DNA from: Octopus vulgaris
Lineage: Eukaryota
DNA: 64,000 nt
Direction: 5' to 3'
Assembly: GCA_951406725.2 (NCBI GenBank)
Contig: OX597838.1
Location: 19,778,001-19,842,000 of the forward strand
Shown here: positions 38,158 to 52,309 of the stretch, piece by piece
How positions within the stretch are numbered: position 1 is the stretch's first letter
Layout of the letters: each line of letters starts with the position of its first letter
Notes under the pieces: generated by a model
Database searches by the model: none
What the model was told of the DNA's origin: nothing
The model's input: the letters and a program-made list of their open reading frames with translations, nothing else
Translations under genes and position numbers: made by a program

Positions 38158-39172
38158 TACCTTTAGTTACACAGTTTCCATGGCATATAGGTGACCGAGG
38201 TCACTGGATTTCCTCTTTGCCAGACACCAATTCATCAGAGTTGCTCATCTACGTCTGACCAAACTGGAGCAATGTGCAATGATGTATTTTGATCAAGAAC
38301 ACAATACACCACCCAGTCTTGGAATTGAAACCATGGTTTTGCAACCTCGAGTGCAACACTCTTACCCACTAGGCCATGTGCCTTCATATATTACTCTTTT
38401 ACATGTTTCAGTCATTTGACTGCGGCCATGCTGGAGCACCGCCTTTAATCGAGCAACTCGACCCCAGGACTTATTCTTTTGTAAGCCCAGTACTTATTCT
38501 ATCTGTCTCTTTTGCCGAACTGCTAAGTAACGGGGACATAAACACACCAGCATCAGTTGTCAAGCAATGCTAAGGGGACAAACACAGACACACAAATGCA
38601 TATATATATATATACATATATACGACGGGCTTCTTTCAGTTTCCATCTACCAAATCCACTCACAAGGCTTTGGTCGGCCTGAGGCTATAGTAGAAGACAC
38701 TTGCCCAAGGTGCCACGCAGTGAGACTGAACCCGGAACCATGTGGTTGTTAAACAAGCTACACCTAATATATATATACTCTTTTACTTGTTTCAGTCATT
38801 TGACTGAGGCCATGCTGGAGCACCGCCTTTAATCGAGCAACTCGACTCCGGGACTTATTCTTTGTAAGCCCAGTACTTATTCTATCAGTCTCTTTTTGCC
38901 GAACCGCTAAGTGACGGGGACATAAACACACCAGCATCGGTTGTCAAGCAATATTAGGGGGACAAACACAGACACACAAACACACACACGCATATATATA
39001 TACATACATATATACGATGGGCTTCTTTCAGTTTCCGTCTACCAAATTCACTCACAAGGCTTTGGTCAGCCCGATGCTATAGTAGAAGACACTTGCCCAA
39101 GGTGGCACGCAGTGGGACTGAACAAGGAACCATGTGGTTGGTAAACAAGCTACTTACCACACAGCCACTCCT
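37652..39172 (-). mobile_element. Three SINE family A copies (37652-38110, 38392-38760, 38778-39172)
   Basis: Family A head, core and tail motifs on the minus strand. Confidence 0.85.
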
Positions 39173-39614
39173 AATATATATATACATATATATATTATTA
39201 TTATTATCAACATTTAATGCCAGTTTTCCATGCTGGCATGGGTTGGATGGCTTGACAGAAACTGGCATGGCCCAGGGCCCACACTAGGTTCCATAGTCGG
39301 TTTTGGCTTGTAGAAACAGGTGGATGCCCTTCCTAACACCAACCACTTTACAGAGTGCACTGGGTGCTTTTTGCGTGACACCATCACCAGTGCTTTTTAT
39401 GTGGCACCATCACCCATAAGAATGCTTTTTACATGGCACTTTGCTTTTAGGATCTTATTTCTGTTGAGGTGTGTGGGTCTTCTCAAGTACAGCAATGCAC
39501 CACATACCTCAGCCCCGTATCCCTTCTTTCTGAAGGTTCAGCATTTTGATATTGGCTTTACACACACACACACACACACAAAAGACTCCAAGTAATAAAA
39601 AAAAAAACAATAAC

Positions 39615-39850
39615 CTTTTGCCGTGTGTTTCTTTCTTGAATTCTCTTTCTCTTCTCTTTCTTCTGTTCTTTAATATCTCTGAGATTTTCATGTACCTGCC
39701 GTGCTGTTTCCAATGTGGCTTTCTTACTTGTGCTAAAGGTCACCTCTTCAGGTGCATCGTCGCTATCATCGGAGACATCTGTACCAGGCTCAGACACCTG
39801 TACCTCGTCTCCATTCATTGGGAGATCTTCCTCAGGTTTTCTTTCATATT
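39615..39850 (-). CDS. NOL7: NOL7-like coding exon 2: (E)YERKPEEDLPMNGDEV...SDDSDDAPEEVTFSTSK...KEKRKRIQERNTRQK
   Basis: Acceptor TTCATTTCTTGATCAG, donor AAG|GTTATT; 236 nt, phases 1/0. DDAPEEVTF plus KEKRKR...QK resembles the conserved NOL7 segment (DEAPEELTF...KEKRKRREE....QK, recalled). Confidence 0.85.
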
Positions 39851-40592
39851 CTGATCAAGAAATGAATGAACAAACATGAATGAGATGAAACAAGTAATGT
39901 GGTGCTTCAGCAAGGCCACAGCCAGCTAGCTGGAATGGGTAAAGAAAGGTGAAGTAGAACTAATTTTTATGTAAACATTACTCTGCTTTCATAAATAGCA
40001 ATTTATAGCAGACGCACAAAGATATAAATTTGGAGAAGAAACAATCAATCAATCACATCACACATACCCCAATAAATTTCTAATTCTTTTTTGATCAATA
40101 GCAATAATTTATAACTTAGGTACAAGGAAAAAGGAATTTGTGGAGTAAAAACAGGTCCAAAGACTAGCCCAGAGTATGTGTGTGTGTATATATTTATACA
40201 TATAAATTTGACATGGGTGATTTTTGCTTGTCTTGGGATTCACGGTCAAACAGCTGGGTGGAATTGTGCGAAAAATTACACAGATGTGTAGAATGATCCG
40301 GTAGTGATGCTGGGCTTTGCATTTTTTCATAGCTCCCATGGTTACAGAGATAATCTACTATAATAATACTCTTGTGTTTATGAATGAGAAAGGAAGGGTA
40401 GACAGATGAATAATGAAGGAAGGGGTGATGTCATACTTGGTAGTGTAAGCAGGAAAAAATTAATCAAACCAATTAATTGATTGCTTGCTTATTTGGCTGG
40501 TTACCTAACCAGTTGACTACTAATAAAGAACTTTTGTGTTGTCCACATTGATCCTCAGACCATAAGGTCAAGCGAAGCAGGCAATGTTGTAC

Positions 40593-41590
40593 ATCATCAT
40601 CGTTTAATGTCTGTTTTCCATGCTAGCATAGGTTGGACAGTTCGACTGGAGTCTGGGAAGCCAAAGGGCTGCTCCAGTCTGATTTGACAGTGTCTCTACA
40701 GCTGGATACCCTTCCTAACGCCAACCACTCTGTGAGTGTAGTGGGTGCTTTTTGTGTGCCACCGGCACAGGCCAGATTGGTTGGTGTTTTTTACATGCCA
40801 CCGGCACAGAAGCCAGTCAAGGCAGTGCTGGCATCAGCCACATTCGGATGATGCTTTTTATGTGCCACTGACATGGATATCACAACTACAATTTCCATTT
40901 GATTTTTATTTTGATGTTGATGTACTGGACTCAATAGGTCTCCTCAAGCACAGCAGGCCATCCTGCAATCCAAGGTACTTTGAATGGGCTGGGGCTGGTT
41001 ATGTGAAGCTAGTGTAGGATACAGCCATGAACTCACTTTATTTGTCAGGTCTTCGCAGTCACAGCACATCTCCAGAGGTTTCGGTCTTTCGTCATTGCCT
41101 CTGTGAGGTCCAACGCTCGAAGGTCATATCCAAATGTTCGGCTTCATTGGCAGAGATAATGGCGCCGTCATCAATGAACATGAAGTTGATCACAGATCTG
41201 TTGGCACTGAACTGTACACCCCTTTGTCCATCAAAAGCCTGCCATATGATGGCATCGATGATAACACTGAACAGGAAAGGGGTGACCACATCTCCTTGTC
41301 AAACACCTGTCTTGATGTCAGAGCAGGCTGCAGGATGAGCAATGGAAGACTAAAACACCAACTTTTGTGATGGCAGCAACCCACGCACTGGAGAATCCAG
41401 CGCAGTGCACCAAAGAAACCACAGGCGAAAGAAATTGAGGAAGAGCTGAAGTTACAGTCCCTCAATCTCAAGCATAATAAAACCAGCACCATGGATCAGA
41501 AAGCGTGGGATAACACCATCATAAGAGTTCGATAGACAGCAGCACCCGTAATTAGAGGGGTCAACTTCCCTCTCCAGTCACCAGCTAGGG
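40593..41590 (-). mobile_element. Internally deleted RTE derivative (RT fragment joined to the RTE 3' UTR)
   Basis: VRQGDVVTPFLFSVIID...FMFIDD (degenerate RT motifs) followed by the 3' UTR and (GAT)n tail. Confidence 0.7.
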
Positions 41591-42470
41591 ATTTTACTTA
41601 CTAATAAAGAAATGTAACTGAACCAGTGTGTGTTTATTACTGGCGTAATGACCCTCCCAACACAAAACAAAATTAGTGGTTTAGTTTCTTCTATCATAAT
41701 TTCATTTACACCTCAGATGCCTTATAGGAATATATTGGTCATTTGTGTCCGTCTTTGTCCACAACTATGTTTAACTCCCTGGTATCAAGTCTCTAGCTCC
41801 AAACCGCTTTGAATTAAAATAAGCTCTATAATATAGTTTTTAAAACAGGTGAAAATGAGAGAAAAGCAGCGTAATAAAATATCAACATATGATAGATCTA
41901 ATTAATTTTCTCTCTATACTGATTCTAGTGACGAAAGACGTCGAAGTTTTAATGAGATTTTGGGGTCTTGTCGGTGATAACATTCTTTTATTAAAAGATT
42001 CTGAATATGTTTAGTTTTAAAGTCAAAATCCATTAGATACGCAAATCACGTAGTCGTTATATTAAAATACTATGGTAAACCTCTAATGATCGTAAGTTTT
42101 ATTTGATGAAAGAAAAGAAACAAGTACTTAATTACGTTGCTGTTTCCCACTGGCAACGATAAACAAAATAATTCACACCTAAAAATGTTTTCAATTTTAA
42201 TTACGCCGCTCTTGTCCAATAGCTCAGGGGTTAATGAGGTTGAACAACGATTTTACATGTTACATGACATGACAAAAAACAAAAAGTGTCACAGATTCAA
42301 GACAAAAGTTTAACAAATACAAATTTGAAGAGAACACGCCAACAACATAAACATAACGTGGTTTTGGATTTAGTTGATCGCGTGGTGAATAGTTTAAGAG
42401 GGGAAAAAAATAATTTCATTGAAAATAAATACAATAAAAAAGAAATTTATGAGTGCTGTATGACTGATAC

Positions 42471-42507
42471 CTGCAAGTTTAATCTTCTTCAGCTTGTATT
42501 TGGGCAT
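42471..42507 (-). CDS. NOL7: NOL7-like coding exon 1: MPKYKLKKIKLA
   Basis: AAAAATG start context, donor CAG|GTATCA; 37 nt, phase 1 joins exon 2 in frame (G+AA = Glu). Confidence 0.72.
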
Positions 42508-42625
42508 TTTTGAGCAGGTAAGACCAACTAATTAATTGCTAAAAGTAATTAATTGCATAGATGAAGACAACGTGACTTTGGTGACACCGGAAGAGATAAC
42601 GATTAAGAGGGAGATAACTCTGAAT
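42508..42625 (-). promoter_or_regulatory. Putative 5' UTR/proximal promoter of the NOL7-like gene
   Basis: Unique, repeat-free sequence directly upstream of the ATG with an ETS-type CCGGAAG (42587-42593) and AGGGAGATAACTC. Confidence 0.4.
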
Positions 42626-43985
42626 CGACTGTTTCTTGAACAGCCAGATTCAGTTACTTTAGTATAGTTATATGGCCAAGCAGCAGTCTTTGTGATTTTC
42701 TGGATGACACGCGTAACGAAAAATTACCTTGAAGTGTTTCTAGTTATGCGATCCACCTAATGACCAGTCATGTCTCATGTGGCCCGCTTCTAGTAAAAGG
42801 TTGTCCATGCCTGTTAGCACCAAGACGTCTCTGATTCAATAGGCTTATTATGATCAAAGTTGTTTTAGCCACGACCATCCTGGGCTTTTGTGTTTCAACA
42901 ATTTCACAGTCCAGTCTTTTCTTCTTTCGACAAGACGGTCTTGCTATAAACTTCCATATCACTGCTGCTGTTGTTGTTATTGTTGTTGTTGTTTAGTAGC
43001 CCTTAGCTAATATTTCCTTAAAACTTTGTTTTCTTACATTTATTCAAACTCTATGGAATCCATCGCAACACATGGCTATGATGCTCCCCCACTACCACTA
43101 TTACTCGTCATTAAGGATTCACATATTGTCTGCCACTAAGGGACATAGTATAACGATATTTCTGCTTCAGCAACTCAGCGCTGAATCTGTCTAAAATGTA
43201 ATGGAAAATAGGTCAGTTTTGAAACATTGATGTCCAGATGACAAAAGCAAAGTTTGAAGGAAACTAATCATTTTCCTTTGATTTCTAAATAGAAGCAAAT
43301 AGGAAATAACACTTACTGACCGAAGACCACCCACCACCACCCGGAAAAATAAAAATTTTATTACCTGTATGATCATTACATTGCTATCGTTTTGGGATCT
43401 TTTCTTTTTGAAGGCCAGATTTTCCTAGTTAACTGAAAAATTTGAAACTTCGTATACTGGTAGAATGTGTCAAAAGAAAACATTATTGTATTGTATCGGC
43501 AGTCCTTGACCCCAAGTATAAAAAGAAAAGCAACATAATCTCAAACGAAATTAAGCTCAGGAAAATAAGCAAGTTACAAAAAAAACAAGCAAAAAAAAAA
43601 AAACTACCCCTAAATAACAATTCATCTGGTCACATACACTAAAAAATTTTTCCGAAGATATTAACTAAAGTAATATGGCGCTACATTAAAATATATTGTA
43701 GTCACGGCTATTTTTGTTTTGTTCCAAATGTAAATTGTATTGTTAATATATTTTACTGCTTTTTTTTACAACCAACAAATGCTGCAATATTTGTGAAGCT
43801 GACAAAATATTTCTCATGGGGAACTAGACAATCTGCTATTAGGTATGTGAAACAACTAAAATGACTAACAAAATACAAAAGAGTGTCAAGCAATGATAAA
43901 AGACCAGTGAAAAATCAACTTATTGCACTGTGATGTGTTTGTATATAAGAAATTTTATATTTTTGCGTTTCTAAAGTGTTTATGA

Positions 43986-45160
43986 ACAAGGTGCATTCCA
44001 GAAGTTTTGAGACTTTTTCAGGAGAGACATTTATTAATATCAGAGAAGTACGAAACTCTAAACTCCTTCAAAGTAGGATTCTCCGACATCAATGCATTTG
44101 TTGCAGCGCTCCAGCCATGGAATTCTTTCAAAGTGAAGGTGTTCAGAACCCTTGTCACAGCTTCCTTCATCTTCAAAACGACTGCCCCTGAGGTTCTCCT
44201 TCGGTTTGAGGAATAACCAGAAGTCACAGAGAGCAAGGTCTGGATTGTCGGGAGGGTTAGGGACAGATTTCGCCCCTATCCCTGTTAAATCAATGGTTCC
44301 CAGGATGTTCGTCAATGAGCATCCTGGGAACAAATTTTGCGCACGTTCAGATTTTTATGAATAATTCTACTCTTTTACTCTGTTACTTGTTTCAGTCTTT
44401 TGACTGTGGCCATACTTGAGCACCGCCTGTAGTAGAGTAAATCGACCCTAGGACTTATTCTTTGTAAGCCTAGTACTTATTCTATCGGTCTCTTTTGCCG
44501 AACCGCTAAGTTACGGGGACATAAACACACCAGCATCAGTTGTCAAGCGATGTTGGGGAGACAAACGCAGACACACAAGCACACACACACACATATGCAT
44601 ATATACGACGGGCTTCTTTCAGTTTCCGCCTACCAAATCCACTCACAAGGCTTTGGTCGGCCCGAGGCTATAGTAGAAGACACTTGCCCAAGGTGCCACG
44701 CAGCGGGACTGAACCCAGAACCATGTGGTTCGTAAGCAACCCACTCCTACGCCTCTGTGTACAGTTGTCACACCAACTCCAAACTGTATATTTATTGTCT
44801 TTATAGACACACAACGATCTTCGTCCAGAAAATTGCAAATTTTCTCAACCAGCTCTGATGTTCTGACGTCCTTCTCCTTTCCACATCTCACTTCGTCTCT
44901 CATTCCCCCTCTATCCTCTTTAGACCTCTTGTGGTCAGTGAGAAAGTAAATCCAATATCAGTCTGGGGCATTTTATAGGTTGCCGCAGTGTTGTTACCCA
45001 GTTTAATATAAAACTTTATTGCATAGCAAACTTCCACACATCCCGCCTGCATTCTGCAGTTTAGTAGTCATCTGTGAGAAGCAGTGCTTAGCTGGGTGTG
45101 TTCAAAGTGCTGTTACAGCCGCCTTCTTCAACCAAGAATAACAAAAGATGGCAGGTCAGC
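43986..45160 (-). mobile_element. Decayed mariner transposon interrupted by a family A SINE (44368-44755)
   Basis: HTH region EDRCVSIKTINIQFGVGVTTVHR; PPDNPDLALCDFWLF (YSPDLAPxDF-like); WLERCNKCIDVGESYFEG. Ends approximate. Confidence 0.8.
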
Positions 45161-45534
45161 TTATTAGATGTTTAGTAAAGACTAGCTTAAGGTGACCCGC
45201 TCTACGCGTGGGTGAGGGTGTGGTTGTTACTTTCTGTTGCTTCCTTTCTGTTTCTTAAACTTTGCCTTAATTTTCATTATGCTATCAGATGTTGTTATAC
45301 ATCATTGATCACAATGCGCTTTGCATCGTTCTAGCCTTCGAATGGCGCCACCACGCTGGCTAGGGAAGGAGGCCAACGTTCCCTCCTCACTTAATTAAAA
45401 GGGAAACTGGACCAATGTGGAATAAAGCGTTCTAACCAAGAACACAATGCGCTGCCGGGTCTGGGAATCGAACTCACAATCTAGCGTTCGTGATTGTAAC
45501 AGCTTAACCACCAAGACCACGCGCCTTCACCCGT

Positions 45535-45890
45535 CAGAATCGTTAGCACGCCGGACGAAAGGCTTAGCGGTTTTTCGTCTGCAGTTACATTCTGAGTTCA
45601 AATTCCGCCGAGGTCGGCTTTGCCTTTCATCCTTTCGGGGTCGATATAATCGGGTTAATCCGTTTGTCTGTCCTTATTTGTCCCCTCTGTGTGTAGCCCC
45701 TTGTGGGCAGTAAAGAAATAGGTATTTCGTCTACCGTTACGTTCTGAGTTCAAATTCCGCCGAGGTCGACTTTACCTTTCATCCTTCTGGTGTCGATTAA
45801 ATAAGTACCAGTTACGCACTGGGGTCGATATAATCGACTTAATCCCTTTGTCTCCTCTATGTTTAGCCCCCTGTGGGTAATAAAGAAATA
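45535..45890 (+). mobile_element. SINE family B dimeric copy
   Basis: Two cores in tandem as at 1365. Confidence 0.82.
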
Positions 45891-46354
45891 AATTATAGAT
45901 TATATATGAAAATAAAAACCTACACATACACAAAACACGTACATGTATGTATGTATGTATGTATGTATGTATGTATGTATGTATGTATGTATGTATGTAT
46001 GTATGTATGTATGTATGTATGTATGTATGCATGCACAATCATACACAGAAATACATTAGTGTGGAAACTCCCCACTGATTTGTATAAAGAATTTATTGGG
46101 TAGGAACTAACAGAGGATAGTAACTAACACAGCTGGTACAGTGCTTGGAATTTATGACGAGAATGTCACTGAGTTTGAACAGAAACCGAGCAGAAGATTG
46201 GTAACACTAGACATTGCGAACATGCTAAGTGTAGCTTGGTAGAAGCAGAATAGTATTTAACTGCATTAGCACTTGGTTTCGTTGCTATTTAGCCCCAGTT
46301 CGGACCTGTTCGAGTAAATCTTTAATAAACTGCTTGGATCTTTCCAACCGTAAT

Positions 46355-46750
46355 ATCTTAGAAAAGAGGAAGAATAGAGTTATATAATGTAGATTTAGAT
46401 ACACAATGTCGAGGGTTGGGGTGAGACAGCTGGCTACGGTTGGAATTTTTATTTATTTATTGGCATATTTATACAAGTATGTCCCTCGACTTTGTTGCCT
46501 CATAACTTTGACAAAAATGGGTATTTTTCAATGAAATTTTCTAGTGTAGCATCTTAGAAAAGAGGAAGAATAGAGTTATATAATGTAGATTTAGATACAC
46601 AATGTCGAGGGTGGGGGTGAGACAGCTGGCTACGGTTGGAATTTTTATTTATTTATTTATTGGCATATTTAAACAAGTATGTCCCTCGACTTTGTTGCCT
46701 CATAACTTTGACAAAAATGGGGTATTTTTCAATGAAATTTTCTGGTGTAG
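46355..46750. repeat. ~196-bp direct tandem duplication
   Basis: ATCTTAGAAAAGAGGAAGAATAGAG...AATGAAATTTTCT(A/G)GTGTAG at 46355 and 46551. Confidence 0.9.
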
Positions 46751-47038
46751 ATTACGATAATATCAGAATTTAATGTAAAAAAAAAAACTGATTGGCGCGC
46801 ACACATACCTACTGACATACATCACAATAATTTGCAAATTTAATTTTGTAGATATATATGTGATGTGTGACACTATGTTTGTGTGCGCACCTCCCCACAA
46901 TTTTTTCACGTTAAATTCCCACATAATCGTAATCTACACCATTTGAAAGGTTTTTATAGAAAGTCCAACTGGAAAATACCCGATTTTCTGAAAGTTACGA
47001 GGAAACAATGTCGGTGGAAGGGAGTTAGACTTGTGTAA
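46672..47038. mobile_element. Foldback MITE-like element (arms ~150 bp)
   Basis: ACAAGT...CATAACTTTGACAAAAATGGGGTATTTT and GGTGTAGATTACGAT...GCGCACAC...CATCACA pair with the reverse complement of 46858-47038. Confidence 0.75.
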
Positions 47039-47459
47039 GGTCTGCTTATTTTTGTCTTTCAAACAGTTTAATCATAAGTCTTTTCGAGAAGGACTGACCT
47101 AGGACTAAAGATGATAAAAAACGAAACGGTCCAAATGCCATTACGGCCTTTAACGTTCTAAGTTCGAATTCCGTTAAGGACAACTTTGCCTTTAGTCGGA
47201 TATGAAGCACCAGCCAAGAACTGGATCGATTTGCTATTCCTATAAAACATTCTTAATGCGAATGCTGGTATTGAATTAATGGCAATAAATAACATGAACA
47301 ATATACAGTGCTGTTGAAAATTATATTTATTTATAGACAGACGTTGTCTACTTGATTGTTCTGAAGCAAATCGTTCGTTTCACATCGGAGATTTAATAAA
47401 AACAAAAATGAAGAGAAATCAGCTGAAGCTGTAGGACCAGGCTGTACTAAGTGATGTTC

Positions 47460-49530
47460 GTAGACAGGGGAGATAAATGTGAGCGTGTATATGTGTGTGT
47501 GAGAGAGAAAGAGAAATAGGGAGGGGGAGAAAGAGAGGGAGAGAAGGAGTAAGAGAAAAAGTGAGAGCAAGTGAGACACACACGCACACACACATATATA
47601 TACACACACAGACACACATACACATATATATACACACAGACACACATACACATATATATACACACACGCACACACACAAAGAAACAGATGGGAATCAATG
47701 GTTGGAAGTTGTGAAGAGAGGGCAACAAAGAGAGAGACCACTAAAAGAGTAAAAAAAAAAGTTGAGGGAAGCGAGAGAGCAAAATAAGTGAGAAATGATC
47801 CCAGCCAGGGGAAAAGAAATGTGAGAAGAGAAAAAAAGAAAAAAAAACGAAGTGAACGAGGAGAGAAAGAGAGAGGAGAGAAATGGACTAAATGAAGATG
47901 ATAACGGCTAAGATGGGATGGAAGAGAAAGAGGAAAGAAGAAGCGAATAAGCAATAACTGGCCGAGAGTGGAGGAACAGAGAGTAAGAAGAAATGACAGA
48001 GAAATTTATTAGCTGATAGTGAAAAAGAAAGAAGTGTATAGTCAATTGTGTCGACCGAGTATGTGACTAGTCGCTTAATTTATCGACCCAGGAGGAATAA
48101 AAAGATCAAGACGACATCAGCTGTATTTTGAATCTATACGGGACAGTCCGTTCAGTCATTTTATTGTCCTGAAGAATAATAAAAAAAAAAAGAAAGAAAG
48201 CATTAAGAGGGAGAAGGAGGAGAAAGAGTAAAGAAAAGAGAGAATGGTTAGTCAGGAGAGAAGTGGTAAGAAAGCTATGCAAGCATGAAAAAGAAAGAGG
48301 AGTGAGAGAGAGAGAGAGAGATTAAGAGTATGATTTGATAATAAAGAAATAGAAAGAGTAAAAGCTAGAGGGAGGAGGGAAGTAGGAGAATGAGGGAGTA
48401 GTTTCTCAGAAATGAAGCATGAAAGAGAGAGAGAGGGGGGGAGAGATAGAGAGTTAAAGAAAGAGTGATATGATAGTAAAGAAATAGAAATAGTAAAAGC
48501 AACAGACATGGAGAGAGAGAGAGAGAGAGAGAGAGTTGGTGTGAGAACATTATGAATAAGAACAATTGAGAGAGAGAGAGAGAGAACTAAGAGAGATAAA
48601 GGGGGGTGCGGGTTATTTGATGATAAAAGAGAAAGAAAAATAGAGAGGGAGGTGTTGTAATGGTCGTTTGGCCCCAGGTCAGCCCTGATGGAGGGAGCAA
48701 ACCTACGATGAAGGACAATCCAGCCATTGCCATCCAGTCTGTTTCTTACATTAGGAAGAAAATCAAGCTCACATTACGCAACGTCTTTTTTTTTTAAGAC
48801 TGTGTTGTCTGATTTGAAAGAGATTTGGCTGCTATATCTCGCATATCGCTCAAATGTATGCGTGTGTGTGTATGTGTGTGTGTACGTGTGTGTGCGTGTG
48901 TGTGTGTGGTAGCAGTAGTATAGGAAAGAGAAAGAGTTAAAAGCAATAGAGGGGAGGTGCGGTTATATGTGATGGTGGTGGTGGTGGGACAAGAAATAGT
49001 AAAAATACAAAGGGAGATAGAGAGAGATAGAAATAGTAAAAGCAAGAGAGGGAGAGAAAGACAGATAGAAACAATAAAACCAAAAGACGGAGAGAGATGT
49101 GTGTACGGTGGTGGTAGTGGTGGTGGTGGCGGTGGCGGTGAGAGTGGTGTCGGACGAAGAAAGCGAAAGAGTAAAAAGCGAGACTGGGGGAGAGTGATGT
49201 GTGTCTACATATGTATACGGTGGTGGTGGTAGACGAAGAAAGAGTAAAAAATGAGAGACGTGTGACTATGTGTGTATAGGCGGAGAAAAAGAAAGAGTAA
49301 AAAACAATAGAGGGAGAAAGAGATAAACGTAAATCTATGTGTGAATGGTGGTGGTGGTGGGAGTGGTACTGGTGGGGGAAGAAAGAGAAAAGTAAAAAAC
49401 AAGACGGAGGGGGAGTGTCTATATATGTATGATGGTGGTGGTGGTGGTGATGGTAGTAGACGAAGAAAGAGATAGAGGGAGAGAGAGAGAGGGATCTGTA
49501 TCTATGTGTGTGCGATGGTGGTAGTAGACG
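47460..49530. repeat. Purine-rich low-complexity region with GA, GGT, CA microsatellites
   Basis: Direct inspection. Confidence 0.8.
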
Positions 49531-49885
49531 AAGAAAGAAGGAGTAAGAGACAACACAGAGTAAGTGTGTGGGAACGGAGGTGAAAGAAGGAGTAAGAGAC
49601 AAGAGACAGTAAGTGTGTGGGGACGGAGGTGAAAGAAGGAGTAAGAGACAACAGAGAGTAAATGCGTGGGGACGGAGGTGAAAGAAGGAGTAAGAGACAA
49701 CAGAGAGCAAGTATGTGGGGACGGAGGTGAAAGAAGGAGTAAGAGACAACAGAGAGTAAGTGTGTGGGGACGGAGGTGAAAGAAGGAGTAAGAGACAACA
49801 GAGAGCAAGTGTGCGGAGACGGAGGTGAAAGAAGGAGTAAGAGACAACAGAGAGCAAGTGCGCGGGGACGGAGGTGAAAGAAGAA
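49530..49885. repeat. 49-bp minisatellite, ~7 copies
   Basis: Unit GAAAGAAGGAGTAAGAGACAACAGAGAGTAAGTGTGTGGGGACGGAGGT. Confidence 0.9.
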
Positions 49886-49899
49886 AGAGTATAAGTTGT

Positions 49900-50067
49900 A
49901 TGTGCGAACAGACGTAACTAGTCCACATTACCCCTTGACCTCCACTAAAACAAGACACAGCAATGTCGACCAGCTAAAAAAAACTCTGGATGACAACATG
50001 TAACCAAATAAAAAATGTGCGGATAAATACAAGTTGTAGCGTCGAAATTTCACTCGTATAGGTAAGT
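49900..50067 (+). other. Candidate non-coding first exon ending in a consensus splice donor
   Basis: TATAG|GTAAGT at 50061/50062 in unique, CpG-containing sequence; no ORF. Confidence 0.3.
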
Positions 50068-50605
50068 GGACGTCGACATTTATCCGTTGCTTCAGTTTAC
50101 AATAAATGTTAACCCGTTAAAGACGTGTCAGCCTGTAAAATGTTTCCCCAGTAATAATATATTTAGTGTGCGAGTATGTGCGTGAGTGTGAATGAGTGTC
50201 GGGGAAAGAGAACACACAAATATATAAATGATCTTCGTGTTGTATTTGGGAAAGGCTAAAGACAAGACAATTGTCGTTGGAGAAAGAAAATAATAATGAT
50301 GAAGCAGTTGTTAATTTTTTTACGTTTTGTGTTTTACATTTTTATGTTTTGGTTTCGTTAAGTTTGATTTAGTTGGAAATGTCATCGATTAGAAAAAGAC
50401 GAACGAGTGTTGGGTTTTATCTGTGTCCTGACTACATCATCTCAGTAAATAGAAACCATTGAATTGATGGAGCATTATATGTATATGTATGTATGTATAT
50501 ATATATAATGCTCCATAAAAGCATTTTCCCTCTGAGTACTTTATTATCTGTAATGCACGTAGGTATATATATATAAACTATACTCAGAAAAGACAGGCAC
50601 TCGTA

Positions 50606-50637
<32 letters not shown>

Positions 50638-50669
50638 AACTATACTCAGAAATGACAGGCACTCGTATG

Positions 50670-50739
<70 letters not shown>

Positions 50740-51342
50740 ACTCGAAAAAACAGGCACTCGTATGTGTGTGTGTATATAGATAGATATAGATATGTATACA
50801 TGTGTGTGTTTATATATATAGAGTGAGAGATGTATATATTTTTGTATGTATATGTGCATATTTAGAGACAAACAGACAGACAGGTGTATACGTGTGTGTA
50901 TCTCTGTGAGTATGTATAAACAGTTATTTTATTATCATCATCGTTTAATGTCCATCTTCCATGTTGGCTTAAGTTCAGTGTTGGACAGGATATGACGAGT
51001 CGGAGGACTGCGTCATCCACCAGTGTCCACTTCGACATGGTCCCTATGGCTGGATGCCCGTCCGAACGCCAACCACTTTACAGAGTGCACTGGGTTTTTT
51101 GGGGGTTTTTTTCCGTAGCATCAGCACTAGTGAACCTTACCTTGTTCCATACAAAACTAAGAATGCAGGGTGGGCCCCCTATTAGTAATAAAAGAGAATA
51201 AAAACGAGAGGGTGCGATGATTATATATATATATATATATATGAAGGGATGAGGGTGTGAAAAGTATAATGATTGCAATATATTTATTGTTGTGATAGGG
51301 TGATAGTGGAGAGAGCAGCAGAGAAGGCTTTAACTGGGGAGA

Positions 51343-51388
<46 letters not shown>

Positions 51389-51532
51389 GAAATAAGTTCA
51401 ATACGGTCTGGAATTGTGAAAGATGGGCTTCATTTTTTCTAGAAGTGAATAAAATAATAATGAATGCACACGTACTTGTACAAAACGTTTTGATGCGTGA
51501 CTTCTGGTCCACCCTGTGTATGTATAAATGTG

Positions 51533-51563
<31 letters not shown>

Positions 51564-52126
51564 ATCTATATGTGTGTGTGTGTGTGTGTGTGAGATCGTT
51601 ATTTGAAGTCCGTTTTCCTGCTGGCATGAGTTGAACTGATTGACAGCATCTTGTGAGCTAAAGGGCTGCTCCAAACTCAGCTGTTAGCTTTGGCATGGTT
51701 ACTATGGCCGGATGTTCAGTGTTTACTGGGAGCCCCTTTTTAGGAGAGTTCTTTGTACCACCAATGCCAGTGACGTGCCAAGTAACTTGAAAGACAGAAA
51801 AAACTGAGTGGGGAGCATTTTTCTTTTTTTTTTTTAGAGAGGGAAGATGGCTTTATGCCAAGAGTCGAAAGGCTAAAAGCTTGTTTTCCTCTATGCCACA
51901 CATATAGAGCGGAGTGGAGGTAACTGGGATGGAAAATTGCCCATGCAGTGCCACGTAAAAACATCCAGTACACTCTGTGGAGTGGTTGGCATTAGGAAGG
52001 GCATCCAGCCCACAGAAACCAAGCCAGATTAGACTGGAGTCTGGTGCAGCTCCTTAGCTTGCCAGCTCTGGTCAGACTGTCCAACCTATGCCAGCATGGA
52101 CAACAGACATGAAATAATGATTATTT

Positions 52127-52167
<41 letters not shown>

Positions 52168-52309
52168 CAATAAGAAAATGGAGGGGATCAATAGGTGGTT
52201 CAGCAACTTTTAGACATTATATTAAGTTAACTTATTTATTTATTTACTAAAATGACAATTACAAGAATATACATACATATATAACATATTATGCTTTCTC
52301 ATAAAGAAG

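Noticed and set aside
42514-42523. Plus-strand donor CAG|GTAAGA in the NOL7-like 5' UTR
   Set aside because: Single motif with no supporting exon structure; may be chance.
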